Origin: Phoronis australis
Lineage: Eukaryota; Animalia; Phoronida
DNA length: 64,000 nt
Assembly: GCA_002633005.1 (NCBI GenBank)
Contig: NMRA01000148.1
Coordinates: 62,001-126,000 of the forward strand
Reading direction: 5' to 3'
The notes under the pieces were generated by a model, which had not been told where the DNA came from, made no database searches, and saw only the letters and a list, made by a program, of their open reading frames with translations. The translations under genes were made by a program, and so were the position numbers. This document shows positions 61,001 through 64,000 of this stretch, in pieces; position 1 is the first letter of the stretch; each line of letters begins with the position of its first letter.

Positions 61001-63212
61001 CGTGTTGATATGACATAACACGTTATATTGGTGGTGACTAGCTATACGTGTTGATGTGACATAACACGTTAGAGTGGTGGTGAACAGCTATGCATGCAGT
61101 AAATTCAGACCAATTTTTGCACGTAAATTATTCCCCAAATTGATGTATTTTCATTTGTCGTGGTCACACAAAATTTCTCAAAATATAGTCTGATGGTAGC
61201 TGTGGTGATAGCACTTCAAATATTAATAAGGCAGTTATTTGGTGCTACTTATGGTAACATTTTCTCAAATTCAAAGAAGAATAGTTGCCAGAGTTGTCAT
61301 TTTCCCCATTTTTCGAAAGTTCATTGCATTGTTAACGTGCTCGGATTGTCGTTTACGTGTTTGTTGACGACAGCTGTACAATATATACTCTAGAAATAAC
61401 GAAGTTAAGTATTCTTCACGTTAATTGTAGTTGAAAATAACCATAAAATAAAATTTCACTCGAATTGAAGTACAATGTTGCTGTGGTTGACAATTGCCAT
61501 AAAATAGATATCTCAATGTTCCGCCATATTGTGTTGTAAATTGAGCAACTGTTTCCATATCTTTTGTAGAAAAATTGATAATTGGAATTTTACTTGTGTT
61601 CTAAATTGATGCGATTTGATCATAGTCGGGATACATTTATGGGGATTAATGGTGTGCGCAGAGTATGTTTGTAGGCAAGAACAATTATGTGTCATGAATT
61701 TTGGACAAAAATTATCGCCAAATTTTGATCTTTTTGCAATGTTTCAAAGGCTTCTAATGTTGTTATGAGTATCCAATTTTCCAAACATTGTCTGATGCTA
61801 ACTATAGTATTGAACTTGAAAACAACAATGCATTTGTTTGGTGCTTCTCAGAATATTATAGTTCATAAAACCATGAAGAAAGTAAGATTTCACATGTTCC
61901 GTCGTATTATATCCTAAATTGGCAAGATTTTGCCGTACTAAGCTTGAATCGCTTGAGACGAAGAATGACGTCTTGAGTTCCTTTAATCGTACTTCTTGGC
62001 GCAGACTGTAGCATTAAGTAAAATTGTCATCAAACAAAAGATTATTTTACAACTTTCAAAAATTAGCCTCAGTAAGAAAACGTGAAGATTAAAGTATTCA
62101 CCCAGTGGTTGTCAATAGTGAAATGTGTGTTAGATAGTTTTATTATGCCCTGTACGTCCACAGCTATTATTCTGTCACTACACAGTCTCATGTGCAATGG
62201 CAGAATCTTATTTAAATTCAAAACCAGATTTCGTTATTTTCTCGCATTTTAGAGTGCACACTGTCGTCAAACGCGTGTTAAATTTAGAACGCATGAAATC
62301 CAAGATGGTTTGTATGAACGTCATTTGTATCTAAATGAATCATTGTAATTGATTGTTCGGTAAAACCCTTGTTAACTTTACCACAGCTTGACTCGACCTA
62401 GTTATACCAGTTTGTTGATAGAGTGACTAAATTAAAGTATATTACATGAAAAAGGCGCACACCGTTTGTGTTGTTCCATACTTGAGTGGTTCTGTTGATA
62501 GTTTACCATTTTATTTCAACAGAGCTTTTGTTCCTTGATTGAGCAGTACAATAATTCTAGAATCTGTTATTGGTCATTTTGAGGGCAATCGCCTTTTTAG
62601 AGATTACAAGATACTCTTGAAGTTAAATGATGAGGGATAAAAGAAAATATTTAATTTGATTTGTTTTGACTTACGAGAGGGCTATTTCATGACATTTGTT
62701 CTCCCATTATGAACAAAAAATGTTACTGTCGTATTCATCTCTACCAAAAGAAGTTTCTAGTGCATGTGCACTAGAGCGAAGCAATCAAAATTTTATGCAA
62801 TCAGCTTATAGAAAAAAACAAATCGACCTATTGTGCTTTTGCTTATATTAGAGGGGCAAACATATATTTGTCTTGAATATAATTTTCTAACTCATGTTAG
62901 AATTATTACAGGGAGTTCTTGGTGTAGTTGTACCCAGGGCAAATGCTGGATTACATATTGAAATACAACGTTGATATTACGTGTTGGGCATATGTCACAT
63001 GTTCTCCTCAGTTTCCATGGTAACATATTCACTATTGCTGTCCCTCAGGTGCACATTTTCCACCAATGAGGCGTGTCTCAAATGGTACAAGTTCCTGCTT
63101 TCCCAATTACTGCCGCCGGTCAAGCTGACCGACACATTTGCCTTTGCCTTCAACGCATGGTGCCGACAGACTGACCAAGAGACTACGGCCATCGGTCATC
63201 AATTGGCCAGGG
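52016..63212 (+). CDS. MTMR3: Myotubularin-related protein 3/4 ortholog, 5' part (PH-GRAM domain); continues beyond window
   Basis: Exon 51984-52018 ends ATG|gtaagt. Exon 60384-60673 reads VSLSDASLEHIHATELFP..VPFPLLCGE..ISNFR..CKDGHSVR and exon 63049-63212 reads CTFSTNEACLKW..FAFAFNAWC. Phases match, and the sequence resembles the MTMR3/MTMR4 N-terminus. Confidence 0.9.
53290..53606. repeat. Degenerate AT-rich tandem repeat
   Basis: Recurring aatagtatagac(c)ggaaattt motif. Confidence 0.7.
55433..55500 (+). mobile_element. Decayed tRNA-like SINE head
   Basis: tgtggtctagagg (A-box-like) and ggttacgatacc (B-box-like) at tRNA spacing; no full cloverleaf. Confidence 0.4.
57858..58095. mobile_element. 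MITE with (C/T)ATGCGCGCACCC ends and 5-bp TSD
   Basis: GAGAA at 57853-57857 and 58096-58100; ends tatgcgcgcaccca / tgggtgcgcgcatg. Confidence 0.85.
59037..59239. repeat. 66-bp minisatellite, about 3 copies
   Basis: Unit starts taattatacaactatcatgtactagtaagtaggc at 59037, 59103 and 59169. Confidence 0.95.
60384..60673 (+). CDS. MTMR3: MTMR3/4 PH-GRAM exon
   Basis: Acceptor ccattctag, donor gtactg; phase 0 to 2. Confidence 0.92.
60997..61091. repeat. ~46-bp tandem duplication, each unit with an acgtgtt/aacacgt hairpin
   Basis: tatacgtgttgat(a/g)tgacataacacgtta...ggtggtga..agc twice. Confidence 0.8.
63049..63212 (+). CDS. MTMR3: MTMR3/4 next coding exon
   Basis: Acceptor tccctcag, donor gtgagt; phase 2 to 1. 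Confidence 0.92.
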
Positions 63213-63862
63213 GTGAGTGCAGCAGTTAAGAAGTTTACTTTAAGGTGGCGTAGCAGAAATTTCATTTTGTTAAATATCACTACGAAGTTATAGCGTTTTT
63301 GAATATTTGCCAATTTTAGGGATTAATTCTGTATGAAGAGTTTTTACCATAGTCAACTGTACAAGAGTAGTTTATGGGAACCTCGGAATGTCATGCTTCA
63401 TGGATATGCAGTTTAGGTTTTTGGTGGTGTAGAGATGCTTATTTCTGAGAAATACGGAAAAGTCATCAGATCAAAAATGGTAGAAATGAAACTATAATAT
63501 TAAACCTGGAACATGCAAAAAGCCATGAAGTTGCTTTGAGCTTAAACATGGGCTGTTCCACTGAGCAAGGTGTTCCTTCACCCTGGCGTTAATGTGTGTT
63601 ATGAGATGAGTGCTCTGATTGGTGACTCAGCACGATCTGAACCAATCATTTCTGCCGGCTCTTGGTTCATGCGTGGTTATGGGCAGACATCAAGGCACTT
63701 TTATTACTATCCCTATTGCAGCTATACAAATTTACCGAACGGGGGGTGAAGGTCATGGACCCCTATCTTGATCCGGGTTTGGCTTGTAGCAATGGCTAAA
63801 TGTTTTTGTTTACTCTGCACGCTTTCTTTCACAATGCCTATTAAGTATCATACACACGTGTG

Positions 63863-63915
63863 TATTTAGGCCCATGTGCCTAGTATTTAGGCCCATGTGC
63901 CTATTGAGGCCTGCG
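63863..63915. repeat. 21-bp tandem repeat
   Basis: tatttaggcccatgtgcctag twice, plus a decayed third copy. Confidence 0.75.
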
Positions 63916-64000
63916 TGTCCATGTACGCCTATGTGCCTGCAGCCTATATATGCATAGTCGCATTGACAGCACAAGCTGAAAGTGTTCAGACAAATGACCC

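Noticed and set aside
1-64000. Remaining 60-140 aa ORFs in the supplied track
   Set aside because: Many use non-ATG starts, lie antisense to real exons or within repeats, and show no protein motifs; they are expected by chance.

Overview
Eukaryotic, intron-rich genomic DNA, most likely from an invertebrate animal; the species cannot be determined from sequence alone. Four protein-coding genes can be rebuilt by hand from splice sites and reading frame. (1) TEX10/Ipi1 on the minus strand, 11 coding exons from 13136 to 776, continuing off the left edge. (2) A 3-exon GPI-anchored Ly6/uPAR three-finger protein gene (17132-20402, plus), head-to-head with TEX10. (3) An intronless RASL10-family small GTPase (30008-30721, minus). 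(4) The 5' part of an MTMR3/MTMR4 myotubularin gene (plus; ATG-only exon at 52016, PH-GRAM exons 60384-60673 and 63049-63212), continuing off the right edge. Introns and intergenic DNA are full of non-autonomous transposon relics: a THAP-bearing ISL2EU-like element split by a second insertion, a P-like MITE with a THAP stub, a deleted Tc1/mariner inside a Helentron/HINE-like element, MITEs with 5-bp target duplications, tRNA-derived SINEs, a Ngaro-like split repeat, and a 1.3-kb foldback whose loop is an inverted copy of its own flank. I see no CRISPR array, rRNA, intact tRNA or clearly new multi-gene system. The best leads are the interleaved foldback, the RASL10-MTMR3/4 linkage, the nested THAP element and the Ly6 gene with a possible promoter shared with TEX10. 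Protein and TE family assignments rest on remembered motifs, not on database searches.
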